Positions 52,306 through 64,000 of a stretch of 64,000 nucleotides of DNA are shown piece by piece. Both the position numbers and the translations under genes were made by a program. The notes under the pieces are model-generated. The model was not told the DNA's origin. It was given only the letters and a program-made list of their open reading frames with translations, and ran no database searches. The stretch lies in the NCBI GenBank assembly GCA_951406725.2, contig OX597831.1, positions 25,420,001 through 25,484,000 on the forward strand, in the 5' to 3' direction. The first letter of the stretch is position 1, and each line of letters begins with the position of its first letter. The stretch comes from Octopus vulgaris (lineage: Eukaryota).

Positions 52306-52810
52306 AGTTCTGTATTTAAGAGATGAGGAATTATGTACATTATTTACATTATTTACATTCGACAGATATTTGTCCTCATCTTGTTTGTTGTTAACACGTT
52401 TCAGCTGGTATACCCTCCAGCCTTCTTCAGGTGTCTTGGGGAAATTTCAAACTTGGGTTCTCATTCCTAAGGTATTTTTAGATATTATTATTATTATTAT
52501 TATTATCATTATTATTATTAATGCTAGTGTTCAGGTCACTGCTAGGAATCGAACTCGGGATTTTGGGGTTATTAGTGCAGGCTACTAACCCTAAGATTCC
52601 GAGTTCGGTTCCTAGCAGTGACCTGAACACTAACAATAATAATAATGATAATTACATCGAAAAATACCTAAGGAATGAGAACCCAGGTTCAAAATTTCCC
52701 CAAGACACCTAAAGAAGTCTGGAGAGTATATCAGCCAAAACATTGTGTTAACAACAAACAAGATAAGGACAAATATCCGTCAAATGTAAATAATCTAAAT
52801 AATGTAAACA
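52306..52810. mobile_element. Palindromic head-to-head pair of a tRNA-headed, hammerhead-bearing short element
   Basis: Arms mirror around 52578; each has a B-box-like gagttcg(a/g)ttcc and a degenerate gacac CTGAAGA a ggctgg..ccagcc GAAA cg TT gtgtt. Confidence 0.75.
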
Positions 52811-53371
52811 CTTTAACTGTTATTTAATTTCTGCTTATGCAGCACCATTGCAAACTAGCAAATAGTTTATGCCCTACATATACTTCAAGCCGGTGGATTC
52901 AACTTTGTTCTGAGAATGAATATGGGATATTGAGAAGCCACAGCTACAACAAAATACATATTTGTTGCTCCCATGGTCACTTTTGGGGCAATTTCCTTTC
53001 AACTAGCTCTGAAATATATTGTGCTTTTTAGCACTATACATCTTAAAGGAATTTTTCCTCAACAAAAATACCACAGTTTCTGTTATTTAAACAACGCATA
53101 TGCATTAAGTATATTATATCAGTAATGTATTTCATAATTTCTGTTGTTTTTGTAGTTGTTAAACTTCCAATCAATCTTTTTAAGCTGATTTATGATTAAA
53201 AGACATTCCATCAGAAATCACCCCATCTTTTTCGATCTTTCAAATGCAATGTATCAAAGATCACATTAGCCAATTTGTTATGGCTGCTATTTCTAGCAGG
53301 GTGAGTGACTCTATAGAGATATTTTCCTCAGCTTGCTATTACTGCTCTTGTTCAACCCCAGGTTGGCCCTG

Positions 53372-53585
53372 TTTACTCTTTTACTTGTTTCATTCATTTG
53401 ATTGTGGCCGTGCTGGAGCACCGCCTTTAGTCAACCAAATCGACCCCAGGACTTATTCTTTGTAAGCCTAGTACTTATTCTGTCAGTCTCTTTTGCCAAA
53501 CCACTAAGTTATGGGCACGTAAAAACGCCAGCATCGGCTGTCAAGCGATTTTCGGAGGGGGGCAAACACAGACACACAAACATAT

Positions 53586-53628
<43 letters not shown>

Positions 53629-53788
53629 GGGCTTCTTTCAGTTTCCGTCTACCAAATCCACTCACAAGGCTTTGGCCGGCCTGAGGCTATAGTAGAAGGC
53701 ACTTGCCCAAGGTGCCACGCAGTGGGACTGAACCCTGAACCATGTGGTTTGTAAGCAAGCCACTTACCACACAGCCACTCCTACGCCT
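53372..53788 (-). mobile_element. Family B SINE (young)
   Basis: Full reverse copy. Confidence 0.9.
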
Positions 53789-54632
53789 ATGTGATTTTAT
53801 TTTAAACAATTGTACAGAATAATGATCAAATGCCTTCCTGCCATGACTATCCCACATTTCATTACTGGATATGTCCTTTATTTAAAATGGTAGCGTGTTA
53901 TTTGTATGAGTTTTCGCTACTATTTTAGCAGATCATGTAGCTTGAAAAGAACCCCCTTTTTTTTTGTTGTAGTTGTTTAATGTGATTTAACTGGGAGAGG
54001 TTTAGGGAGCAGCAAAAGACTTTTCTTCCTTCCCCACCGTCATTCACAGCAAATTCAATGATTCTTGCCAATTAAGGAACCCCTAAGGTGTCTGACTAAT
54101 TAAGGCTAGAGATGCTGTGAGGAAATGTATTTAAGGTTTCAACATCCATGACACACACCTTCACCTATGCTACAACCTCTGCCATGATAGTCACTGCTAC
54201 CACAACCACTACCACCACCACAACCACTATCACCACCACCACCACCACAACCATAACCACAACTGCAGAATTCCCATCACTCCTACTGTGAATCCACAAT
54301 CACTGATGTAACACCACCTCCTCCCCTAATGCAACTACTACTACCACCGCCACTGCATCACCCCCATTACAACCACCCCTATCACAGTTTATACAATACC
54401 CCACTATTACTACTGCTCCTACTTACATTGCAATACTCACACCATTAATGTCATAATACCACTACTACTTCACAAAACAATACTACCACCTAAACCACAA
54501 CTACTGCAACACTCTACCATTACTGTGTCCCCCAGTGAAGAGGTACATTCACCACTAATGTGACACTACCACAACCACCCTCACCATTTACCACTTTCTT
54601 CACCACTATTGTGGCACTCTTACTACTAATAA

Positions 54633-55045
54633 GCCTTTATATTATAAGTGCAAGGCCTGAAATTTTGGGAGAGGGGGCTTAGTTGATTACCACGACTCCA
54701 GTATTTAACTGGTACTTATTTTATCAACTCCAAAAGGATAAAAAGTATAGTCAACCTTGGCAGAATTTGAACTCAGAACATAAAGATGGACAAAATGCTG
54801 CTTAGCATTTTACCCAGTTCACTGCCTTAATAATAATAATAATAATCCATTCTACTAAAAGCATGAGGTTTGAAATTTGGGTGGGTGAGGGGATCTAGTC
54901 AATTATATTGACCCTCATAATGTAACTGGTACTTATTTTGTTGACCCCAAAATGATAAAAGGCAAAGTCAACCTCAGTGGAATTTGAACTCAGAATGTAA
55001 CGGCGGACGAACTGCTGCCAAGCATTTTACCCAGCTCACTGCCTC

Positions 55046-55098
<53 letters not shown>

Positions 55099-55328
55099 TG
55101 ATAATAATAATAATCCTTTCTGCTAAAGGCACAAGGACTGAAATTGTGGAGGAGGAGCTAGTTGATTATATCAAACCCCATACATAACTGGTACTTATTT
55201 CATTGACTCCCAAAAAGATAAAACGCAAAGTCGCCCTCGGTGGAATTTGAACTCAGAACGTAAAGATGGATGAAATGCCACTAAGCATTTTTCTTGGCTC
55301 AGTAACAATTCTGCCAGCTCGATGCCTT
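54633..55328 (-). mobile_element. Three tandem family A2 SINE copies separated by (AAT)n
   Basis: Copies at ~54633-54828, 54848-55045 and 55113-55328. Confidence 0.8.
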
Positions 55329-55534
55329 AATAACAATATCCTTTTTACTTGTTTCAGTCATTTTGATTGTGGCCTTGCTGGAGCACCACCTCTAGTCAAC
55401 CAATTTGTCCCCCAAGACTTATTCTTTGTAAGCCTATTACTTATTCTATCAGTCTATTTTGCTGAACTGCTAAGTTACGGGGCTGCAAACGCCCCAGCAT
55501 CAGTTGTCAAGTAATGTTGGAGGTGGGAGACACA

Positions 55535-55760
55535 CCTATTCCCTCCCGGTCACTTCAAAATGTTACCACATGTGTATCATTGGCGATTTTCTTCTTCCGT
55601 CTTCCCTTCCTTTGGACTTCTCTCTATTTCTGAAGAAGAGCTCGGCTCGAAACATTAAATCCTCTTTCTTTCCTTTCCTGAGCTTCTGATAATACAGTAC
55701 TTATACCACATCCTCACGTTATTGTTTTTTTCTTGTTTGTTCTTCTTTGTTTGGATCTGC
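55535..55760 (+). mobile_element. Short Penelope-type element with minimal hammerhead motif, nested in a family B SINE
   Basis: ttt CTGAAGA a gagc tcg gctc GAAA ca TT aaa at 55627-55659. Confidence 0.65.
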
Positions 55761-56276
55761 TATATATATATATATATATCATCATCATCATCGTTTAACG
55801 TCGGTTTCCATGCTAGCATGGGTTGGACAGTTTGACCGGGGTCTGGGAAGCCAGGAGGCTGCACCAGGCTCCGGTCTGATCTGGCAATGTTTCTACAGCT
55901 GGATGCCCTTCCTAACGCCAACCAGTCCATGAATGTAGTGGGTGCTTTGCATGTGCCACCAGCACAGGGACCAGATGAGGCTGGCAAACGGCCATGATAC
56001 ACGATGGGCTTCTTTCAGTTTCCATCTACCAAATCCACTCAGAAGGCTTTGGTCAGCCTGAAGCTATAGTAGAAGACACTTGCCCAAAGTACCATACAGT
56101 GGGACTGAACCCAGAACCATGTGATTGGTAAGTAAGCTACTTACCCCACAGCCACTCCTATAATAATGATAACAATAATGATAATTTCTTTTATTAGCCA
56201 CATGGGCATAAATGATACAAACATCACAAGAATAGTCAACAATTTGTGTGGAGGTTTACATTGCAATGGTAATAAT

Positions 56277-56695
56277 TTCTTATTTCTTTATTGCCCAGAA
56301 GGAGCTAAACATAGAGGGGACAAACAAGGACAGACAAAGGGATTAAGTCGATTGCATCGAACCCAGTGTGTAACTGGTACTTAATTTATTGACCCCGAAA
56401 GGATGAAAGGCAAAGTCGACCTTGGTGGAATTTGAACCCAGAACGTAACAGCAGACGAAATACCTGTTTCTTTACTACCCACAAGGGGCTAAACACAGAG
56501 GGGACAAACAAGGACAGACAAAGGGATTAAGTCGATTGCATTGACCCCAGTGCTTAACTGGTACTTATTTAATCAACACTGAAAGGATGAAAGGCAAAGT
56601 CGACCTCGGTGGAATTTGAACTAAGAGCATAGTGGCAGACGAAATACTGCTTAGCATTTTGCCCGACGTGCTAACGATCCTGCCAGCTCACCGCC
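56277..56695 (-). mobile_element. Dimeric family A SINE
   Basis: Two fused monomers; TSD gcaatg(g/a)taataattt. Confidence 0.85.
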
Positions 56696-56965
56696 ATGCA
56701 ATGATAATAATTTATATTATAGTGGCAACTCTTTCTGGGAGGCCAGAAATGTTGGAGGGGAGGCGGGGGGCTTGTTGATTAGATTGAATACACTGACCTC
56801 AGAATATAACTGGTAATTATTTCATTGACTCTGAAAGGGTGAAAGGCAAAGCAGACCTCAGCAGAATTTGAACACAGAAAATAAATTTGGTTGAAATGCC
56901 ACTAAGCATTTTGTGCAGTGTGCTTAGCAATTCTCTTAGTGTTCCACTTTAATTTTTATGACGAA

Positions 56966-58150
56966 TATAACAACACTCCCACCACTGAGACTCCCTCCAC
57001 TGCTGCAAACACTATCACTCAGTACCACCACCAACACTACTACCATTACCAACACTACAACTACTCCTACTACTACCACTACCAAGACCATTATGACCAA
57101 CACTGCCATCACTACTACTACTACTACTACCACCACCACAACTACCATTAAGACCATTATGAACAACACCACCATCGCCACCAACACCACTGTCACTGCC
57201 AGTGGTTGTAGCAGTGGTACTGCTGTTCTTGGTGGTGATGTTAGTAGTGGTTGTGGTACTGATGCAGATAGTGATAGTAATGTTGTGGTGGTGGTGGTAG
57301 TGGTGGTGATGGTATGGTCATATCAGTAATGGTGATTGATGAAAGCAATAATTGCGATGGTAGCAGTGGTGGTGGTGAAGGAGATAGTGCTCTGGTCCTG
57401 TTGGTAATGGTAAAAAGGGAATGATAGATGTGCTATTAAGGGTTGTTGTGGCAGTGGTTTGGGGGTTTGCTCTGTTGCTGTTGGTGGTGGTGGTGGTTTT
57501 TTTGCTGGTGGTTGTAGTGGTTGTGGTTGTTGTGGTGGTTGCAGTGATTGTGGTGTTTTAATGGTGGTGGTGATGGTGGTCGTGTTGGCGGCTGTTGTGG
57601 TAGTGGTGGTGGTGGTGGTGGAGGTGGTGGTTTTGCTGGTGGTTGTAGTGGTAGTTGTGGTGATGGTGATGTGGCAATTTTGCTGGTGGTTGTAGTGGTT
57701 GTGGTTGTTGTGGTGGTGGTTGTATTGGTTGCGGTAGTGGTGGTGGTGGTGACAGTGGCGATTTTGCTGGTGGTTGTGGTTGTTGTGGTGGTTGTAATGA
57801 TTGTGGTGTTATAACGGTGGTGGTGATGGTGGTTGTGTTGGCTGCAGTTGTGGTAGTGGTGGTGGTGGTGGTGGAGGTGGTGGTTGTAGTGGTAGTTGTG
57901 GTGGTGACGGTGGCGATTTTGCTGGTGGTTATAGTGGTTGTGGTTGTTGTGGTGGTGGTGGTTGTATTGGTTTCGGTAGTAGTGGTTGTGGTGTTGGTGG
58001 TTGTGGTGGTGGTGGTGGTTGTGGTGGTGGTGGTGGTGGTGGTGGTGGTGGTTGTGGTGGTGGTGGTGGTGGTTGTAGTGGTGGTAGTGGTGCTGGTGGT
58101 GCTGGTGCTGGTGCTGGTAGAAGTTGTAGTTGTTGTTGTGTTGTTGATGT
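56966..58150. repeat. ACC/ACT-rich block followed by GGT/GTT-rich block with higher-order duplications
   Basis: Compositional switch at ~57200; unit ..ttttgctggtggttgtagtggttgtggttgttgtggtggt recurs several times. Confidence 0.9.
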
Positions 58151-58417
58151 AACAACATTGCTTGCAGTCGAAAGTGATAACCGATTTAAAGGAATAAGAT
58201 GTAGAAGGAAGGAAGGCGATTAAAGAATTCTTGAGTATGAGTGAGAGAGTGATAAATCAATTGTTTCCTGCTGTGGGGGGAGGAGGGAGCTTATGAACTC
58301 TGGGAGGAGAAGAATGTTGAGGAAAAGTCTTTGCAATAACAGAAGAAAAACAATAAAAAAAAGAAAGGAATGAAACAAAATAAAATGAAAATAATACCTG
58401 AAGTGGGAGTTTCACTG

Positions 58418-58496
58418 AGATGATGATGGTGATGATGATGATTGAGATGACGATGATGATGATGATGATGATGAGGATGATGATGATTGAGATGAC

Positions 58497-58533
<37 letters not shown>

Positions 58534-58571
58534 GTGACAATGATGATGAGGATGATGATGATTGAGATGAC

Positions 58572-58614
<43 letters not shown>

Positions 58615-59076
58615 GTGACAATGATGATGATTGAGATGATGATGATGATGATGATTGAGATGATGATGATGATGATGATGATGATGAGGATGATGATGAT
58701 TGAGATGACGATGATGATGATGATTGAGATGATGATGATGATGATGATGATGGTGGTGACAATGATGATGATTGAGAGGATGATGATGATGACAATGATG
58801 ATGAGGATGATGATGATTGAGATGATGATGATGATGATGATTGAGATGATGATGATGGTGACAATGATGATGATTGAGAGGATGATGATGATGATGATTG
58901 AGATGACGATGATGATGATGATGATGATGATGATTGAGATGACGATGATGATGATGATTGAGATGATGATGATGATGATGATGATGAGGATGATGATGAT
59001 TGAGATGACGATGATGATGATGATTGAGATGATGATGATGATGATGATGGTGGTGACAATGATGATGAGGATGATG
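58418..59076 (+). repeat. (GAT)n array with patterned interruptions
   Basis: Recurrent variants attgagatgacg, atggtgacaatg and atgaggatg, all preserving triplet phase. Confidence 0.95.
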
Positions 59077-59543
59077 AGTGGGGTTATACACAGAGTGGGG
59101 TACATCAGTGATCTGAAAATTGATTGACCCCCTTCCCAACCCCAACCCCACCCTACATAAACATTTGCCCATCATACCCCCCCACTCTCCCAATAATTCT
59201 TGATAATGTTGATGTAACCGTACCAACAACCCCAGTGCCATTACCATTACACAGCACCACCACTCTCACCCCCCACCACCATCAGTTACGACACACTTTA
59301 CCGTCGCACTCCACCACCCACTATCCTCACTGAGCATCACCGTCACCACTGCTCCCCTCCCAAACATCCCCCACCCCACCCCACACATCACCATCACCAT
59401 CATCCTGCTTTACCCTCCTCTAACACCACAGCACCAGTCATCCACCGCATGGCACCATGACCACCACGACCACGACTACGACAACCACCCATCCGCTCAC
59501 CCACGCCATCACGCCTGCCACCCATCACCCACGCTCTCCCTCA

Positions 59544-59835
59544 TTGTCATCAGTGCTGCTACTCTATCCTGAACTGCAACAATGATGCACGTAATACGTG
59601 TAGTGCACATTTGCAATTAATCCTTAATAATTATATTTTATTTCGTTTAAACAATAACCTTACCACCCACCCACACCCACCTGGATGTGGTGGGGGTAAA
59701 GTTATTGTTTCTGTTTCATAAATTTTTAATTAGCTCTGTGAATGTGTGTCCCCCACCCCACTGCACCCACCTTCATCGTTTTTGTCCATCAAGGGTATTG
59801 TTCTATAAGGTATGCAATTAAGACTGGTGATACAA
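59544..59835 (+). ncRNA. Putative nested RNA structure
   Basis: tcatcagt/actggtga, gcacatttgca/tgtgaatgtgt and aaacaataac/gttattgttt nested stems. Confidence 0.45.
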
Positions 59836-59942
59836 ACATAAGAATCATATATATATATATATACATACATAAACATTTATATATATGCATATACATTAAT
59901 ATATATAAATATGTACATAAATATTTATATACATCCATATAC

Positions 59943-59987
<45 letters not shown>

Positions 59988-60145
59988 CATATACATTTAT
60001 ATATATGTGTATATATACATATACATTTATATGTATATATATATATATATATACATATACATTTATATGTATATATATATATACATATACATTTATATGT
60101 ATATATATATATACATATACATATTATATATATATGCATATATAT

Positions 60146-60184
<39 letters not shown>

Positions 60185-60224
60185 CATTTATATGTATATA
60201 TATATATACATATACATTTATATG

Positions 60225-60255
<31 letters not shown>

Positions 60256-60428
60256 ATATATGCATATACATATACACATATATATATATGTATATATGCG
60301 TATGCATACACTCACACATATATATGTATATATGCATATACATATGTATATATGCATATACATACATACATATGTATATATGCATATACATACACATATA
60401 TATGTATATATGCATATACATACACATA

Positions 60429-60469
<41 letters not shown>

Positions 60470-60977
60470 CAAATTTACGGAAAACAAGAGACAAAGACAA
60501 GTGAAGGAACAATAATCAGACGTATTAGTTTGATGCTTGGGAAGAATGGAAAAGTCTTTGACATTTTGAGCCTGTGATCTTTGACAGAAAGGATTGAGGG
60601 GAGAAAAAAAATGAAGAGAGACTGAAAAAAATAGAGAGAGAGGAAATAATGTGTAGGGTGGGTACATGACTAAATGATCAGGGTGTTTCACGATTTATTA
60701 GATCGTGATTTCAATTCCTAGACTGGGTACTGCATTGTGATTTTTTGAACAAAACACTTTATCTTATGTTGTTCTGCAACCACTTCCACATCTGACATGT
60801 GGTACATGGTGCAGCTGTTCAAACAATGTCAAATTGATCACTATAAACAATCATTTGTGCAGGTCATTTGGCAAAGCTGAATGCTCATACGTCATCTTCG
60901 ATTGGAGAGCCCATCATATATGTGTGTGTGTGTTTGTGTATATACATACACACACACATATAGATTGTTATAATACT

Positions 60978-61190
60978 GATTTCAAATTCTGGCACAAAGC
61001 CAGTAATTTTGGGGGATGAATTAACTCGATTAAATTCGCCCCAATCCTCATCAGGTACTTAATTTATTGACCCTGAAAGGATGAAAGGCAAAGTCGACCT
61101 CAGTGGAATTTGAACTCAGAACATTAAGACAGGTGAAGTGCCATTAAGCATTTTGCCCAGGTTGCTAACAGTTCTGCCAGCTCATCACCC
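60978..61190 (-). mobile_element. Family A2 SINE
   Basis: Reverse copy with A2 tail; a further diverged + copy at 61935-62118. Confidence 0.8.
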
Positions 61191-63011
61191 AATATGGTAT
61201 TGTAATAATGACGTTCAAATCAAATAGCAATTATCTGAAGTCAATTAGTGAACTGTACTCAATCTGTAAGATATTCCTAAGTACTTAGTCAATATTTTGG
61301 ACAATATTGAGGTTTTACTCATGAAGGTCAGATTAATGCTAATTAATGATATCACTTTTGAGATGAAATATGGGTTAGAAGACAAGTTAGGCACCATGGT
61401 TTAAGTTAAAACTACAATCTCCTTCAACAGCAATATCCCAAATGACCTTGAAAATAAAATCAGGATGTTTCAAGATCTAATTCCACTTCAGGTTAATATG
61501 CTGCTGTGCTACAGGTGAGATGGTGACACCCAAATGGGGATTATATGAAGGAGGATCACACCAAATATTTGTCTCCAAAACCAGTAAGCCAGTCATGTTA
61601 AGAGTAATCCTTTGTGTTTGATCATCTGTCTCCAATTTGTTACGGTTGTGTTTCAGTCATCATTGGTCCAGTAAACTTGGAATCAAATGTGTTTCAGTCA
61701 CTGCCTTCCTATCTTTTACATTCTGAATACAAATTCCACCTGTGTTCTCTTTTATTTTCAATATTCTGAGGGCCATAAGCAGGTATGGTCCCAGGAACTT
61801 TTCAAAGGGAAAGCACTAGGTCAGAAGGGGACAAGGGTGTAATAACATTATTTAGAAGAGTGCACATCTTTTTTCAAGGGGGACACATGCCTCTCAGGCC
61901 CCCCCCACCTCAGGTCTGCCCCTGATAAGGATGTGAACTGGCAGAAAAGTAGCATGCCAGATAAGCATGCTTACCGGCAGTTTGTCCATCTTTACGTTCT
62001 GAGTTCAATTTCTGCCTTTAATTTGTTTCAGGGTCGATAAGATAAGTACAAGTTGAGTAATGGAATAGACCTACTCCCTCCCCAAAATTGCTGGTCCTGT
62101 GCCAGAATTTGAAACCAATATTCTGAGGTCCAAAACAAGTATAGTACCAATTATATAAGATCAATGAAATATAGGACCAATCAACCATAGCAGTTGATTT
62201 ATATTCCTATAATGCATCATCATCATCATCATTTAACGTCTGCCTTCCATACTAGCATGGGTTGGACGATTTGACTGAGGTCTGGTGAACAAGATAGCTG
62301 CACCAGACGCCAATCTGATTTGGCAGAGTTTCTATAGTTGGAGGCCCTTTCTAATGCCAACTAGATGTAAATTGAACCGTAACAGTGTACAATCAGGTCT
62401 CACCCCGCTTAGAAAGATAAGTAACAAAAACTACTTTGATTGGATTTGAACTTAGAATACAGCAGTACATACCTAAATACTGCAAGTCACTCTATCGAGT
62501 CTATATCTTCGACAACACCTCACCTCCGCTTTCATATGTATTAAAGCTGAAATGTTTTCAAGGTGAATCAATGGAGATCTATTGTACTGACTTAACATCA
62601 ACGTGAGAGATTTGTTGCAGAATAGTCAAAAGGTGTGTAATTGTCTTTTAGTCTCATTAGTGTTTGGTCAGGCATTAATCTGTTGAATAATTTATACAGA
62701 TTTAATAGCAGATTCTTCTTGCGCCTATTCTCAAATAACCCAATGCATACATATTCGCATTTCTGTGGACTTTTAACAAATATATGACCTCAATTACCTA
62801 TTTATTATACCTTTTACACCAAATCTCTATGTGTCTATGCATTTGTATATCTGTTTGTGTATGTGTATGTGTCTGTCTGTGTTTTAGTGTGTATGTCTAT
62901 GTGTATGAGTGTGTTTGCTGCGGCAGCATGTATGAAGAGATGTGAAGTATGTTTTGTATATGGCTATGTACAATAAATGCTTTAGAAAGACAAGTTTGTA
63001 CATATAGCATG

Positions 63012-63058
<47 letters not shown>

Positions 63059-63167
63059 GCACCACACAAAAACACAGACCACACACACACACACACATTC
63101 ATATCACCAATCTATTTTTTGTGAAAGAACGGAACGTGGACATCAGTATTTCATGGTCTTTGAGTCT

Positions 63168-63169
<2 letters not shown>

Positions 63170-63241
<72 letters not shown>

Positions 63242-63242
63242 T

Positions 63243-63322
<80 letters not shown>

Positions 63323-63365
63323 TACAGCAGCAGTGGTGGTGGTGGTGGTGGTGGTGGTGGTGGTG
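63170..63365 (+). repeat. Compound (GTA)n(GCA)n(GTA)n(GTG)n microsatellite
   Basis: Direct inspection. Confidence 0.95.
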
Positions 63366-64000
63366 ATTGTATTGATGGAGGCAGTGGTGGTAGTGACTGG
63401 CTGTAGCTGAAACTGTGACTGTTAAGTGATTGCAAGTTAATATATATCTAGGTGAGAATAGAAGTGGGAAAAAAAATAGCATATGTTTACAAGTTCCTCG
63501 GTTCATCTTAGCCATCAAAGCCAACCAGGAGCAGTATCACCTTCAGAATTGAATATTCTTTGTCTTCTGTGTCATCTCGGCACACATCAAAGGGTCATAT
63601 AATTTTGTTGGGTTTTTAGCAGTGTATGTCCTCCAGTCTTTAGTTGGGAAACTAATGAAATGAGGTTAACTTCCTTTGTTTTGATTGTAACCTTTTGCGT
63701 AGACGCCCGATGGCTGTGTGGTAAGAAGCTTGCTTCGAGGGCTTGTCTGTCGGTGGACGCCGACATCCCTCTCATCTTTATCATTATGTTTTCATTTCAT
63801 CTCATTTTGTCTACGTCCAACCTACAGGCTTCTTACTCTGTGTAATGCCCTTGTGGCAATTTATATGAATTAAAGAAGCTTGCTTCCCAAACACATGGTT
63901 CCAGGTTCAGTCCCATTGTGTGGCACCATGGGCAAGTGTATTCTACTATAGCCTTTGGCTGACTAAAGCTTTGTGAGTGGAGTGGATCTGGTAGATGGAA

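Noticed and set aside
57436-58223. Gly/Cys-rich and His/Thr-rich ORFs resembling structural proteins
   Set aside because: Derived from GGT/GTT simple repeats; no signal peptide, splice context or non-repetitive domain.
58257-59247. Long ORFs of poly-Ile/His/Ser/Met (215-318 aa)
   Set aside because: Translations of the (GAT)n array; open in several frames and on both strands simply because the triplet lacks stops.
59742-60691. YI/HT-rich ORFs (also at 6.2-6.7, 13-14.4, 21, 30 and 36.5 kb)
   Set aside because: Translations of (TA)n/(CA)n/(TACA)n microsatellites.
61780-61924. GC-rich segment with cagg..cctg ends, possible MITE
   Set aside because: Terminal repeats too degenerate and TSD ambiguous.

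Overview
AT-rich, microsatellite- and repeat-dense animal genomic DNA. The SINE families and overall texture look like an octopus/coleoid cephalopod genome, which is an inference from recollection and not from a search. No confidently intact protein-coding gene was found; nearly all supplied ORFs are translations of microsatellites or SINEs. The window reads as a large intron or intergenic tract. It holds dozens of tRNA-derived SINE copies, decayed RTE- and CR1-clade LINE fragments, an internally deleted mariner, hAT/piggyBac-type MITEs, a Helentron-type element and a probable solo LTR. Three signals stand out. (1) Many non-repeat islands fold by eye into multi-branched RNA structures (a long closing stem plus contiguous small hairpins) whose non-Watson-Crick pairs are mostly G-U on the + strand, suggesting structure in a + strand transcript. 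(2) About nine hammerhead-ribozyme motifs of Penelope/retrozyme type sit mostly beside (TA)n tracts, including one intact type I hammerhead at 44913-44976. (3) Several fold-back inverted duplications would form long dsRNA. All folding was done by eye, without energy or covariation calculations.
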